A stretch of 64,000 nucleotides of DNA from Carcharhinus longimanus (lineage: Eukaryota), in assembly GCA_030264375.1 (NCBI GenBank), contig JASCQW010000043.1:24700032-24764031 (forward strand). The letters are read 5' to 3'. Under the pieces are notes generated by a model, which was given only the letters and a program-made list of their open reading frames with translations, was not told the DNA's origin and did not search any database. Shown here piece after piece: positions 38,478-50,941 of this stretch; the first letter of the stretch is position 1; every line of letters begins with the position of its first letter. Made by a program: the position numbers and the translations under genes.

Positions 38478-38778
38478 CTTTGACTAATTCAGGAAAATGT
38501 TCCTGTGATTTGCCAAATAATCATGCAAGCTCCAAGAGACTGGTAACTCATTAGACCCCCGTTATTTCCAATCAGCCCACATACTGCCTATTATAACTTA
38601 ACTTGAAATGGCCTGTTTTGACAGACTACAAGTAATTCATATTTATCACACCTGCAATTTGTTCCAGAAGTCAAAGACTTTCCTGAGAAAATAGCTACTT
38701 ATAGAATTTCTGCAGTGCAGAAAGAGGCCATTCAGCTCATAAACAACATCAACAACAATCGCACTCATGCCCTGACCT
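37552..38778. repeat. Inverted repeat pair of ~210 bp (37552-37762 and 38572-38778)
   Basis: ctttgacttctggaacaaattgcaggtgtgataaatatgaattactt versus aagtaattcatatttatcacacctgcaatttgttccagaagtcaaag. Confidence 0.92.
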
Positions 38779-38991
38779 CATATGTTTATCCTGCTGATCT
38801 CCCTAATACTAAGGAACAATTGAGCATGGCCAAATCTGCACATCTTTGGACTGTGGGAGGAAACTGAAGCACCTGAAGGAAACACATGCAGGCATAGGGA
38901 GAACATGCAAACTCCCCTCAGTTATCTGAGGTTGGCATTGAGCCCAGGTCTCTGGCACTGGGAGGCAGCAATGCTAGCCACTGTGCTGCCC
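38700..38991 (-). mobile_element. Older HE1-type SINE
   Basis: Reverse complement of the SINE head and V-domain (catctttggactgtgggaggaaac...gctagccactgtgctgccc). Confidence 0.8.
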
Positions 38992-39709
38992 ATTCTTAAC
39001 ATATAATCTAGAACTGCTTACTTATTTTATACTCAAATCAAGTAATCTGTCCAATGGGCAGAGTCTAATGTCTTCATCATTTTGAAAACCTCAATTTATG
39101 CTTGCGTTTCTGTAATTAAATTAGCCCCAATAGAATTCATTTGATCCATTTGGTTATCATTCCACAGTTTCCCTATCACAGAATCTACCTCATGAGAGAT
39201 TCCAATCTTTTGCTTACACTGACCTGCCTAGCAGAAATGCTTACTGCAATTACTCCTGCAATTGTATGCTAGTTTGTATCTATCTCTCTGTGCCCTGCAG
39301 TTATATGTCAAAAATAGTTTTCAGATCTTTTCCATTTACTTAGTATTTAACTACTATATAAGCTCCCTGCTAACTTGTCTCCTTTCTTGACTGAAGTCTT
39401 CAAGTTTTTCTACCTTTTTTAATGCTAAAATATTAAGTAGAAGCTTGTGGTCCTTCTTTGCATTTTTTCTAGGATTTAACCTATTTATTTGCGTTGTGCT
39501 TTGGGAATCAGGACTGAATGCAAGATGCAAAGTAAAGCATTATAGAACTTCAGCATTGTAGCATCAGATTTACTAAGCCCTTGGAAGGATGAGTTAGACA
39601 GACTTTGTGATTTTGTTAGTCAGTTATTTTGTAATTGCCAGTGTGAAATCCAGCTTTCTTGTTTATGTTACTATGTTGTATAAGTAATTAATTGGGTGAA
39701 ATGATTTTA

Positions 39710-40490
39710 GAAAATGGGAGCAGGAATAGGTCATTTGGCCCTTCAGGTCTGCTCCACCATTCGTTATGATCATTCAAATCAGTGGCATGACTCCACCCCT
39801 GCACCCTCCCCCCATATTGTTTGATCCCCTTCGCCCCAACTCATTCTTGAAAACATAAAATGCTTTCAACTCAACTGCTTTTTGTGGTAACACATTCCAC
39901 AGGCTTACCACTCTCTGGATGAAGAAGTTTCTCCTCATCTCAGTCCTAAAAGGTTTACCTCATATCCTTAGACTATGATCTCTTGTTCTGAACACCCCAA
40001 CATCGGGAACATCCTACCTGCACCTACCCTGTCTAATTGTGTTAGAATTTTATAGGTTTCTATGAAATCTCCCCTCATTCCTCTGAACACCAGTGAATAT
40101 AATCCTGATTCAATTGCTCCTCATACATTAGTCCCGTCATCCCAGGAAGTAGTCTGGTAAACCCTTGCTGCACTCCCTCTGTAGCAAGAGCACCCTTACT
40201 CAGATAAGGAGACCAAAACGGCGTACAATATTCCAGGTGTGGCCTCACCAATGCCCAGTAAAATTGCATCAAGACTCCCTTGCTCCTGTACTCAAATCCT
40301 CTTGCTATGAAGGCCAATATACCATTTGCCGCCTTTACCACCTGTTGCACCTCCATACTTATCTTCAGTGAAGTATGTAAGGAAACCCAGGTCTTGTTAC
40401 ATATTCCCCTCTCTTATTTAAGCCATTTAAATAATCTGCCTCCTTGTTTTTGCTGCCGAAGTAGATAACCTCACAATTCACGTTATACTG
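39710..40490 (-). mobile_element. CR1 3' portion
   Basis: ANGILAFIARGFEYRSKGVLMQFYWALVRPHLEYC. Confidence 0.88.
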
Positions 40491-40857
40491 CATTGGTTCA
40501 ATTAATGAAGTGCTATGTAAGTGCAAATCTTTTAAGTAAAAGTGGCCATGGTCAGTCTACGCTTTTGGAAAAAATGGATCTGGTCTTTTAAAACCTGTAA
40601 ATAGAATTTAGTTATTTTTCTTCATCAAAGTGTTCACTATTATAGTTTTCAATGAAAAACTATGTGTGAATTTAGATTAGTGAAACAGTTGTATCTTTAT
40701 AAATCTTGAGGTTAACTATTGCAGTAAAATTAATATTCTTTAAAAACAAAGTTGAGTAAACCTCCAGATTTGTATATTTTGAATAAGTGTACAGATTAAT
40801 TTGTAACTTGAATATATTTTTGCTTCTGTGACTTATGAATTGAATACATACCAACAG

Positions 40858-40998
40858 GGAAAGGACAACAGAAAGCGACAGTAAAGTGAAAGAAGAAAAC
40901 AAGGATGAAAATGGGGATAATGAGAAGGAGAAAGAAAAGAAATCCAGCACTCCACAAGAAAGAAACAGCTCATCTAGGAAATCTCGGAGCTCAAGCAG
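40858..40998 (+). CDS. SREK1: SREK1 E/K-rich exon (short)
   Basis: ccaacag| ... CAG|gtatgg. 141 bp, phase 2-2. ERTTESDSKVKEENKDENGDNEKEKEKKSSTPQERNSSSRKSRSSSR. Confidence 0.88.
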
Positions 40999-41209
40999 GT
41001 ATGGTACCAGATAAACTGGGACAATTATTTAATTATGTTCAGAAAATTAGATGAATGCTCTTATGTGTTTGGAATAGTCTTCAATTTGATAACCAAAGGA
41101 TTTTTAAAAAAAGAATTAAGTTGCCATCAGCAAGGATATATAGAGACTTCACCAGGTGATGGCAGATTATTTTCACGCTCAAGTTGACTTGTTACTGCTT
41201 GAAGCTTCT

Positions 41210-43330
41210 TTTAAGATGTTGAGTAGGATATAGAGGAGGTGGCTAAAAGGATGGCAATACTCAAAATGGAAAAGTCTAGATTGCAAAGGCTCAGATCACA
41301 GTCTTCCAATTTTCATTAGATATGTGAGTGATGCCAGAAGACTAGAGGATTGCAAATGTTAGATTTGTGATCAAAGGGGAGGAGCATGCAATGACAAAAC
41401 TTTAAGGGACAGTAACCCAGAACAAATTTAAATGGAGTGGAAAATTATAGATTAATAAATGCAAGCTGATTTATTAAAAACAAATCATTTTTGACTGCTG
41501 ACTTGATTAATTCACTTTTTATTCATTCATGGGATGTGGGCATCGCTGACTAGACCAGCATTTATTGCCTATCCTTAATTGCCTTTCAGAAGGCGTTGGT
41601 GAGTTGTCGTCTTGAACTGCTGCAGTGCATATGGTGTAGGTACATCCACTATGCTGTTAGGGAGGGAACTCTAGGATTTTGACCCAGTGACGGTGAAGGA
41701 ATTGCAATATATTTCCAAATCAGAATGATGTGTGACTTGGAGGGGATCTTCCAGGTGGTGATGTTCCCACTTGTTTGCCACTTTATCCTTCCAGCTGGTA
41801 CTGCTGGTGGGTTTGGAAGGTACTACCTAAGGACTATTGGTGAGTTCCTGCAATGCATCTTGTAGGTGGTACACACTGCTTCCTGTGGTATTAAAGGGAC
41901 CACAGCTGCATGAGTACACAATTGACTATGGGACAGAAAACAATGAACTCTGGTGAACTGAAAGAAGGTTTCCTTGTATAAGGATCACAGGAAGTTTTTG
42001 ATTATTAATAATTACCTGGGTTTCGGTATTCAGAGCATAATTTCAGAATTATGAAACTTGAACATAAACTAAAAGTTAGGATGATTGAAGCATGTTTCAA
42101 AGTATATAGGCTGATGAAATGGGCAGGCACGTAGTAAATTAAAGTTACTGCAGAGAAGTGTGAAGAAGGATGAGGAAGAGAAATATAAGCCAAATGGTAC
42201 AATTTGAAGGAAGCACAGGAATAGAAATTTGAGCAATACAGTTGTTCAAGAGGGCAACTCATTACTATGTTCTCAGGAAAAAATAGGGGTGAGTTGCAAA
42301 TAGTTTCCAGCAACTATTATATTGCATGAAAGAATATTTAAAAAGCAGAGAGCTTGAGGTACATGTGTCCAAACTTCTGAAAGTAGAAGGACAAGGAATC
42401 AGCACCAATCAGGACAAAGCAGCCACTCTAATTGGCACTTGGATAATCACTCACTTTACTATCAGTGCAACGTGGCAACAGTGTCTGCCATCTATAAGAT
42501 ACACTGCAGCAACTCACCAAGTCTCCTTTGACAGCACCTTTTAAACCTATGACCTCTACAATCTAGTAGAATAAGGGCAGCAAGTACATGGAAACTTTGC
42601 CACCAGCAAGTTCCTGGAACCATATTGCTGTCTCTTCACTGTTACTGGGTCAAAATCCAGGAACTCCCTTGTGCGTGTATTTATATGGCTGGGCTGTTCA
42701 GGAAAGCGGCTCAGCATCTTCCTAAGGGGAATTAGGTTTGGACATTATTCCCAGTGATGAATGTTTCTTTTTTTAAGTTGAAAATGCTGTTAAAAAGCAT
42801 AAGGGAACCTGGGCTTTATAAGTAGCAGTATTGAGTAAATAGTCAAGGTTTGGTGTCTGCTGCAGTATTGTGTCCACTTCTAGGCACTATATTGTAAGAA
42901 TGATGTCAAGCCTTAGAATGAAAAGAATCAGTTTATTAGAATAATACCAAAACTTCAGTTCTGTTTTTCAGACTGGGGTTGTTGGGGCTGTTGTCCTTAG
43001 AGATGAGAAGTTTGAGAGAAAATTTGATAGAGATGCCTAAAATCATGGATTGTTTTGATAGTGAATAAGGGGAAACTGTATTCAGTGGCAGAAGGATTAT
43101 TAACTGGAGGACACAGTTTTGAGGTAGTTGTCAAAATAATTCAAGGCAACGTGGAATGCTTTTATGCAGTGGATTATTGTGGTATGGAATGGACTGTCTG
43201 AAAGGCTGGTGAAACAGATTGAGTTATAGCCTTCAAAAAAGAATTGGATAAAAACTTGAAAAGGAAACATTTGCAGCGCTATGGGGGAAGTGGAGATGTG
43301 TGCAGCTAATTGGATTGTTCTGCCAATAAA
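41210..43330 (+). mobile_element. Highly decayed CR1, split by two insertions of the second LINE family
   Basis: Remnants of the PEDWRIANV, QYCVHF and RRLRENLIE motifs in order. Confidence 0.55.
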
Positions 43331-44788
43331 CTTGGAACAAGCACTTGAATGACTGCTGCATGCCTATCAGTTGAGTTGATTTATTGCTGCTTCATGTTTT
43401 TAGGATTTAATTTCTCTTACTGCTGCTTTTTTTTCCTGTTATCTATTAATCATATATACTCGTAACTGTTTGGATTCCAAGATTAAACATGGGCTCAGAC
43501 TACTATTTAAATTCACTCACCACTGATGTGGAACAATTTTCTCCCATTTTCAATCAAAGTTCAGTGGAAGCGCTCGATGCATTCCCAAAGAAGGCCCATC
43601 TGGGGGAAGAAATAAACTAGCAAAATAGCTTGTTGACCACAAGTGGGCGTCTCTATAATTGCTATCAAAGTCCCAACACTCTAGCCTCCTGTTTGAAGCA
43701 AAGACAGAAGGCACTTGAGGATCTAGAAACTCAATCACTGCTGAAAACTGGCAGATAATGGTCAAAGCGTGCAGTGCATGCACCTGCTCTCATGATCACA
43801 GGGCGTGTGTTAAATTTGTGCTGGTTAATGAACCAGATGTGCAACCAGCGTTACCTAAATGTTGTGTTAGTATTTCAGTTGAGTTCATTGTTATGACCTT
43901 TTAGAAGGGGCAGAAATTGGGCATTTCTGAGGCCACTGGTTTCTTCTGAACTTCTAGAACTTAACATGCAAGAAAGATGGCTTTGCATTTATGTAGCATT
44001 TTTTTACATGGAAATTTCACAAATATTTTGTTTTACAATGAATAATTTGAAATACAAGTCTTGAATGAACTACATTTGCCTCCATCAAAACGTTGCAAAG
44101 ACAAATGCCATTGTCCCCAGCCCCTACCATGTGTCACCAGTTACACCCCTCTCCCAGAACACTGCCTCCAGCTGTACCTGCCTATTTGCAGTCTTGGTGT
44201 CATATTCATCCCTGAAGCAAGTTTCTCTCTATTACAAAGCATGTCTACTTCTAGCTCTCTAACATCACCCGTCTCTGGTTTGTAATGGTTTATTTGCCAT
44301 CTCTAGGCTATAATGTCCTAGTACTCTCCTAGCAGGCCAATCACCCTCCACCCTTCGTAAATTTCACCTTAGCCAAAATTCTACAGTCTGTATCCTATCC
44401 TGCACCATATCTTGAGTGTCCATCATCCCCTTCTTCCTTGATCCACATTGCTACCCAGTCAGCCAGCATTGCACATTTAAAATTCTCACTCTTGTTCCAA
44501 TCCCTCGTGGGCTCATTCCTTCCTTCTATAACCTCTTCCACTCTACAACACTCCCAGGTTCTCCATATCTCTGACTCCAGTCTCCTTTGCATTCCTGCAT
44601 TTCTCGCTTTCTCCCCACTCTGGAACTCTCCTTATTTAAGATCCTCTTTAAATTCCACAATCTCAAGTGTGTAATATATATGCAAATTGTTATTATTTAA
44701 AATATGGCAACCAGTTAACACAGTAACATATTAAAAGCAGAACTTGCTGAATGACCCGTTATTCTCTTTTCGGACAGTGCCATTGTAT

Positions 44789-44873
44789 TTTTGTTGGGTG
44801 TTCATCTCATCTGTTAGACTGCACTTCTAGCTTTTGTTGGGTGTTGATCTCATCTGTTAGGCTGCACTTCTAG
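44789..44873 (+). repeat. 43-bp tandem duplication (2 copies)
   Basis: ttttgttgggtgtt(c/g)atctcatctgttag(a/g)ctgcacttctag twice. Confidence 0.9.
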
Positions 44874-45011
44874 GAGTGTGGCACTCCCTCAGTGAGCTAG
44901 AATTTCAGCCTAATTTATGCAGACATGAACCCACCTTCTGGCCCAAGTGATGCCTGCCACTCAGGTGACAGCATGGTTTATTTATCTTCATTCAGTGTCA
45001 CTTTGTACCAG

Positions 45012-45416
45012 GTGTTGTNNNNNNNNNNNNNNNNNNNNNNNNNNNNNNNNNNNNNNNNNNNNNNNNNNNNNNNNNNNNNNNNNNNNNNNNNNNNNNNNNN
45101 NNNNNNNNNNNNNNNNNNNNNNNNNNNNNNNNNNNNNNNNNNNNNNNNNNNNNNNNNNNNNNNNNNNNNNNNNNNNNNNNNNNNNNNNNNNNNNNNNNNN
45201 NNNNNNNNNNNNNNNNNGGAGGTCCAGGTCGCCGAGGAGGAGGTCCAGGTCGCCAAGGAGGAGGTCCAGGTCGCCGAGGCGGGTATCCAGATCACCAAGG
45301 AGGAGATCCAGGTCACCAAGAAGAAGATCAAGGTCACCAAGAAGGAGGTCAAGGTCACCGAGAAGGCTGCCACGAACACCAAAAAGAAGATTTTCTAGAT
45401 CTCCATCTCCAAGAAG
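45012..45416 (+). CDS. SREK1: SREK1 RS-repeat exon, interrupted by a 199-N gap (45019-45217)
   Basis: Probable acceptor ctttgtaccag|; donor AAG|gtgact. Encodes (RSRSPRR)n then LPRTPKRRFSRSPSPRR. The 5' boundary is less certain because of the gap. Confidence 0.82.
45218..45366 (+). repeat. 21-bp coding tandem repeat (RSRSPRR heptads), at least 7 copies
   Basis: Variants of AGGTCCAGGTCGCCGAGGAGG. Confidence 0.92.
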
Positions 45417-46396
45417 GTGACTTTACGCAAATTTCTATACATAACAAAATTAACAAAATTGATTTTGGACCTAATATTTCCATTCTTTTATTACTTTTTA
45501 TCATTAAAACAGTTTAAGTGCACTTAGGTTCTCAAGCTTTGAACTTTTATACTGCCGACCTCTGGACCTCTTCCCATAGCCCTTCATCTTTCCTGTGCTT
45601 TAACTCACCTTCAGTTGACTGCTCATCCTGCCTTTTTGACTGTGCCTTCAGTTATTTCCCTAATGGTTCTCTGATGGTTGATCTGTGGCTTTTCTTCCTC
45701 TTCCCATTTCTATCAAATGCTTTGGGGCACTTGGCTGTGATAAAGTTAGTGTATTGGCAAGCTGTTGGTTTTCTGTTATGTTGAGTATGCATGGCAGCTT
45801 GATTTCAAGGTTATTTTATCTGCATTCTCTCATTTACAGTAAATAATGCTAACTCCCACCCAATGCAATGATTTGTTGGCTAGTGGGAGTTGGGGATGGC
45901 AGTAGGCCACTGCCAAGAAAAAGACTCCATCAAGATACATGCAAAGAAAGAGGGGCATGGGGATGAAAGGAAATTGACATTTGAGGCAGGCAAAACCCTA
46001 GGGGTCCTTGTCAGGCCCAAAGGAACACCCCTGCTCTTCCAAGCTCATAAGCAAACCTTCAAAAGACAAGGTTAAACTTAACTTATCTCAATCTCTTCTA
46101 GTGTGTGAACTTGTGTATCTCCAGGGCAAATCCTTTATCAATCAATCAACGGTCTCTTCTCATGTAGTATAAATGTGTTGTTTCCCCTTACGTTGTTATC
46201 CTCGCAATTGTCCTGTTGCTTCCAAGACAGAAAGCTTTGACAAAAAGGTCTCCTTTTTTTCAGCAATCTTCAAGTTCTGTATTATCAAAAGACCACTAAT
46301 ATGCTTGTTATGTACTTCGGTGTTTGAAAGTCCCAAGATTTTTGTACATTGCATTTTCAATAGAAATCATGAATAAAAATGTGGCTTGTTTGTCAG

Positions 46397-46574
46397 AAAT
46401 AAGAAAGAGAAGAGAAAAGACAAAGACCGAGCGCACAGCAGAGATAGAGCAGAGAACAGAGAGAATTCAAGCGGTCAGAGCCAGGAGAAGAGCAAACGGG
46501 ATCATTCTACCTCCAAGAAGAAAAAAGACAAGGAGAAAGATGGCAAAATCAAGCTGGATAAAACTGATATCAAG
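46397..46574 (+). CDS. SREK1: SREK1 penultimate coding exon (K/D/E/R-rich)
   Basis: ttgtttgtcag| ... AAG|gtgata. 178 bp, phase 2 to 0. NKKEKRKDKDRAHSRDRAENRE...STSKKKKDKEKDGKIKLDKTDIK. Confidence 0.9.
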
Positions 46575-47017
46575 GTGATATTTAATGAAGAATTGCCAGA
46601 ACTATAATGCAGCCTAAATTGATATCAGAGATGATGTGTTAGGCTGAATCAGATTCCTGTTCTTACCCTGAATCATTGGGTCTTGACGTATAATACAAAG
46701 AAATAAGTAGCTTTTGAATAAAGATAAATTTGTGTAAAGTACAAAGGGCAAATCTACAAAATAATGATGCCTGCACACCCAGTGGAGTTCTGAAGGCTTT
46801 GTTCGCAGTGACAAAGGCAGTCACAGTTTAGATCAACTGTCTGATGCAAAATGGCAACCCATAATAACACACTTCTAATTTGATGTCTGAACGCTGCAAT
46901 TTTACATAAGATGTGCTAGAAGCAAAAAATGTCAGTTTGTAAGCTGGTCTGAGAAATTACAAACCATTTGTCCTATCCATTGGACATTCCAATTGTACAA
47001 CTGATGTGATTTTTTTT

Positions 47018-47311
47018 TAGTTTATTTACTAGTGTCACAAGTAAGCTTGCATTAGCACTGCAATGAAGTTGCCGTGAAAATCCCCTAGTCGCCACTCTTC
47101 AGCACCTGGTCAACTACACTGAGGGAGAATATGGCATGACCGGTGCACCTAACCAGTGCATCTTTTGGATTGTGGGAGGAAATCGGAGCACTCGGAGGAA
47201 ACCCATGCAGACAAGGGGAGAACGTGCAGACTTCACACACGCAGTGACCCAAATTGGGAATAGGACTCGTGTCTGTGATGCAATAGTGCTAATCACTGTG
47301 CCACCGTGCTG
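47018..47311 (-). mobile_element. HE1/V-type SINE, aataaa-tail variant
   Basis: Reverse complement of the 24665 and 55565 element family. Confidence 0.85.
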
Positions 47312-47532
47312 CTTTGGCTTAATGACAAACCGATACAGTATTATAAAACAGATTACCTGTTTAGAATTGCTTTTCATCTCTCCAGGACTACCTGAACATC
47401 ATATTAGGAAAGGATTTAGTTCTATTTAAGTAAATATCATGTTATGCTGGCATATGCAAACAAAGTTTATTTAGATTACTAACATTGGTCATGATTTTTG
47501 TGAGGTTTTAATGGATATTTAATATTTTTCAG

Positions 47533-47796
47533 GTTGAAGGAGACTGCAATAATGAAGAAGTGCATAATAATGATAAAAGCAAAGAAAACACTGAAACCAG
47601 TAGTGAAGTCTTGGTTAATGTTAAAGAAAATGGCGATCATAACATCGTTCACCAAAACACAGAAGAAGACAAATCTGAAAACACCCCTTTAGTTAGTGCC
47701 GAAGAGGAAAATGAGAAGAAAACAAACACCATATCTACAGACTTAAATGATGTGCAGAATGAATCTGTCTCTTCAGCTGAGGTAGAATGTCCTTAG
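47533..47796 (+). CDS. SREK1: SREK1 last coding exon (acidic tail, TAG stop)
   Basis: atttttcag|GTT GAA GGA, phase 0, open to ...SSAEVECP*. E/N/K-rich and followed by an AU-rich UTR-like stretch. Confidence 0.85.
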   Translation, partial: VEGDCNNEEVHNNDKSKENTETSSEVLVNVKENGDHNIVHQNTEEDKSENTPLVSAEEENEKKTNTISTDLNDVQNESVSSAEVECP

Positions 47797-48288
47797 CATT
47801 TAATCTAATTACACATCTGTGTGGCATTCTCCTTGATGGATCCCAGAATTGGGCACTGCTTCAATCTTTGAAAGCTGATAGTGGAAGGAATCAAATGAAA
47901 AACTTGACTGCGTTCATGATGAACCAGTGAGCATTGAATAGATGGATGAGCAATGTCACTCAGACTGAAAATGACAAAGTTGTGTGCCTTTGTCATAAAA
48001 GAATTTGTAAATATATGTACTACTTTCTTTAAACTCTCAAACACACATTTGCCTTCACAGAATGTTGTTAAGTCTGTAAGATGTCCTTACATTATTTTGC
48101 TAGCATTGTTAATGAAGGGAGGGAACAGTGTCATACTGAATTAACAATTTCTTCATCTGGAATTTTTTCACTCCTTGCAATTATAGACATAGCATTTGCA
48201 GATATACTGATACAGAAAGATGAAATATAGATAAATACACAGTCGGATCGAATGAGATTTTATTGCAGAGTGCAAGTTTTTCATGAGA

Positions 48289-50348
48289 AATAAAATTAAT
48301 GATTCCAATCTCTGAATTTTTCTATTTGTCTGATGTAGCTTTGATAAGTAAACAAATTTGAGCTCTTCTCTGTATGCATCACATATAGGCAGTGGTTTGT
48401 GATTTGATGAGTAACAACAGGGGTATCAATACTTTCAGTGGAATTATAGTGTTGTTCAATTTATTCAGGGTGGCTTTTTAATTATTTCAAAAGATTGACT
48501 TATTTACTTCAATCAAGGTCAAGGACAGCACTGTTAATTTATTGACTAATTTTTTTGAGACCCGTGAATCAAATTGTTGTGTTGCTATGAATCACTTTGT
48601 TACTGAAAGCTTTAAACTATGGTCATTGTTTATTATTCTGTCTATGGGCTATCACATCTAGAATCTTACTGATTGCAGATAAACAAATGAATTTGTGAAC
48701 TAAGACACCAAAACTAGACATGGGGATGTGTCTCATGATTAGCTAAGTAGACAAAGCGCTTACAATGACTCAAGTGAGTAGATGCATCACTTAAAGTCAT
48801 GCCAAGCTATACCGATCAGGACGATCCCACATTCAGTGGTTAGTCTGTGCTGAATTCCCTGTGAGATGGCAGTTGAGTTTGACAGATGGCCTCAATGCTT
48901 TGGAAGAGGAACGGGAGCAAACAGCCTGGGTGCCTGGTTTTAAATGCCATTAGTAATCCTTCCAAGAAATTTGAACAGATGCAATTGGTAGATGAGGGCA
49001 AGATTCAACTTGGTTGCTCATAAGCCTTGGGTTGTTCACAGTCACCAAAGAGGTTCACGTATGAGGATTGGCTTCATGAAGTATCAAGGCTACATAAGTC
49101 AAGTATTGGATTACTCTTGGTGTCTGAACTATAATGATGTGAGCTATTAAGAGGAAGAGATAAAAATTGAACAGGTAAACCAAGTGGTATCATTTATTTC
49201 TACATTTAACCCCATTATATTTAAGATGCCAATATAGTATTGTAGTATAGCAAGAAATCATTTCAACCTCAACCTCAATCTGATTTTGTTAGGCTAAAAC
49301 ACTGCAACGTAGTACAAAAGAGTTATATGTCGCCAATGGAACACTTCCGGAAAATAATGCTCACTCTCCTATTTCAGTAATTTTGTTATTTTTGGTGGCA
49401 ATTGATTGTTTTGGCCTAATTGGGGGGGGGGTGGGGGAGATTAAGCTATTTTAATTGCCCTATTNNNNNNNNNNNNNNNNNNNNNNNNNNNNNNNNNNNN
49501 NNNNNNNNNNNNNNNNNNNNNNNNNNNNNNNNNNNNNNNNNNNNNNNNNNNNNNNNNNNNNNNNCAGTGCACTACAACTGATATTAGGCAGAAGGCTTTG
49601 AGGCCATAATGTATCTACTTCATAGTAATATGTTATTCTAAACTACTGTTGAATTTATTTGTTTTAGCAGGAATCTGTTAACACATTTTCCATACATGAC
49701 TGCTTTCCAGCCAAAGAAAATGGAGATTTGAACTCGTATTTCTGAAAGCAAGACCTGTAATTGAGTTCAAGTACTGTACCATGATATACTGTTCTTACCA
49801 ATACAAGAATTTGTTTTAACACACTACCATTCATAGTCCAAATACCCTTTTCCCTCACTTCTACAGAATGCCAGAGGGTAGGTTATTTCTTAGTTGACCT
49901 AACAATGCAGAAGTGAATAATGTCTGTTTTATTTTGTTAATGGTTCTTGTTTGTTAAATATGCTCCATTTATTATGTACTGCTTACATTTTGAAAGATGC
50001 GTTGTGTTAGGAAGGTGAGGTATTTTACTGACAGTTTGGAATATTTAGTGCGTGTAAAACTCTTGACAGTCTGCAAAGATGCTATTTGTATGTTGTGTTA
50101 AACTGTGAAGTGCAATTTTCTATTAAAAGTTTATAGTACAAAAAGAACCATAGTACAAAATTGCAAATTGGTTAGTTGCTAATTACAATCTATTTCAGAA
50201 AATGCAGCAGAATTCATCTTTGTGGCACTAAAGGTTGTTGTGTGAAACCCATTTTAAGAATAGTCACGGATTGCTGATGTGATTATTTAGTCCAACTGTT
50301 CTTTTTAATTGTTATAAGATTAATAAATATAGTTAAACTATTAATAAA
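48289..50348 (+). terminator. Candidate SREK1 polyadenylation signals (AATAAA at 48289, 50322, 50343)
   Basis: Canonical hexamers in AT-rich, repeat-poor sequence after the stop. Usage cannot be shown from sequence alone. Confidence 0.4.
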
Positions 50349-50941
50349 AGGTCAATTGGTTGATTTCCCTCTTAAAATATGACTTAGCTTGATTACTGTG
50401 CTTTGTAATGTCTTCGGAGTCATGTTTTCTAATGATATTAATTAAGGAAGTAACTTGCCTAATGCTTATTTTTGATCAGACAAAAGTAAGTTTGATTATG
50501 GTTAATGATAGCTGCAAACTGCAGAGGATATTTACATATATGTAAATATGTGTGTGTGTACGTTAATGCCAGATGAAAAGAGTTTGATGGGCTCTCCTCT
50601 TTTCCCTTGTTTGATTGCAACAGGGTTTTTGTTTTTTTTAATTTATACTTGCCAATTCACTATTCTTGACTTTAAGTTTTATGTGACTGTGATTATAAAG
50701 TACAGCAGGTTTTCAGTTTCACAAAGTAAGAGGTTAGTTAAAACTGACCTGTGTAAAAATATTTTTAGAAGTTCTGCAAGTATGCACACGTATACTCAAA
50801 AACCACGCATGCAAATATGGATTACAGAGTAGAAAGGAATAAATTTGGCCAAATTGGAGTTCATAAAAAATAAACAAAGTTTGAAGCTTGCTTCCTTGTC
50901 CGGCTGCAGACAGGATTTGAGAGCCTTGGCTTCAGGTGGTT

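Noticed and set aside
44925-45398. Alternative-frame ORF (EVQVAEE heptads) and antisense ORF over the RS exon
   Set aside because: By-product of a stop-free 21-bp repeat plus an N-gap. Splice phases support only the RS frame.
4917-47796. Gene could be SRSF11
   Set aside because: It has a complete second RRM and the NHSNNAIVKPPEMTPQAAAKELEEVMKRVRE segment characteristic of SREK1.
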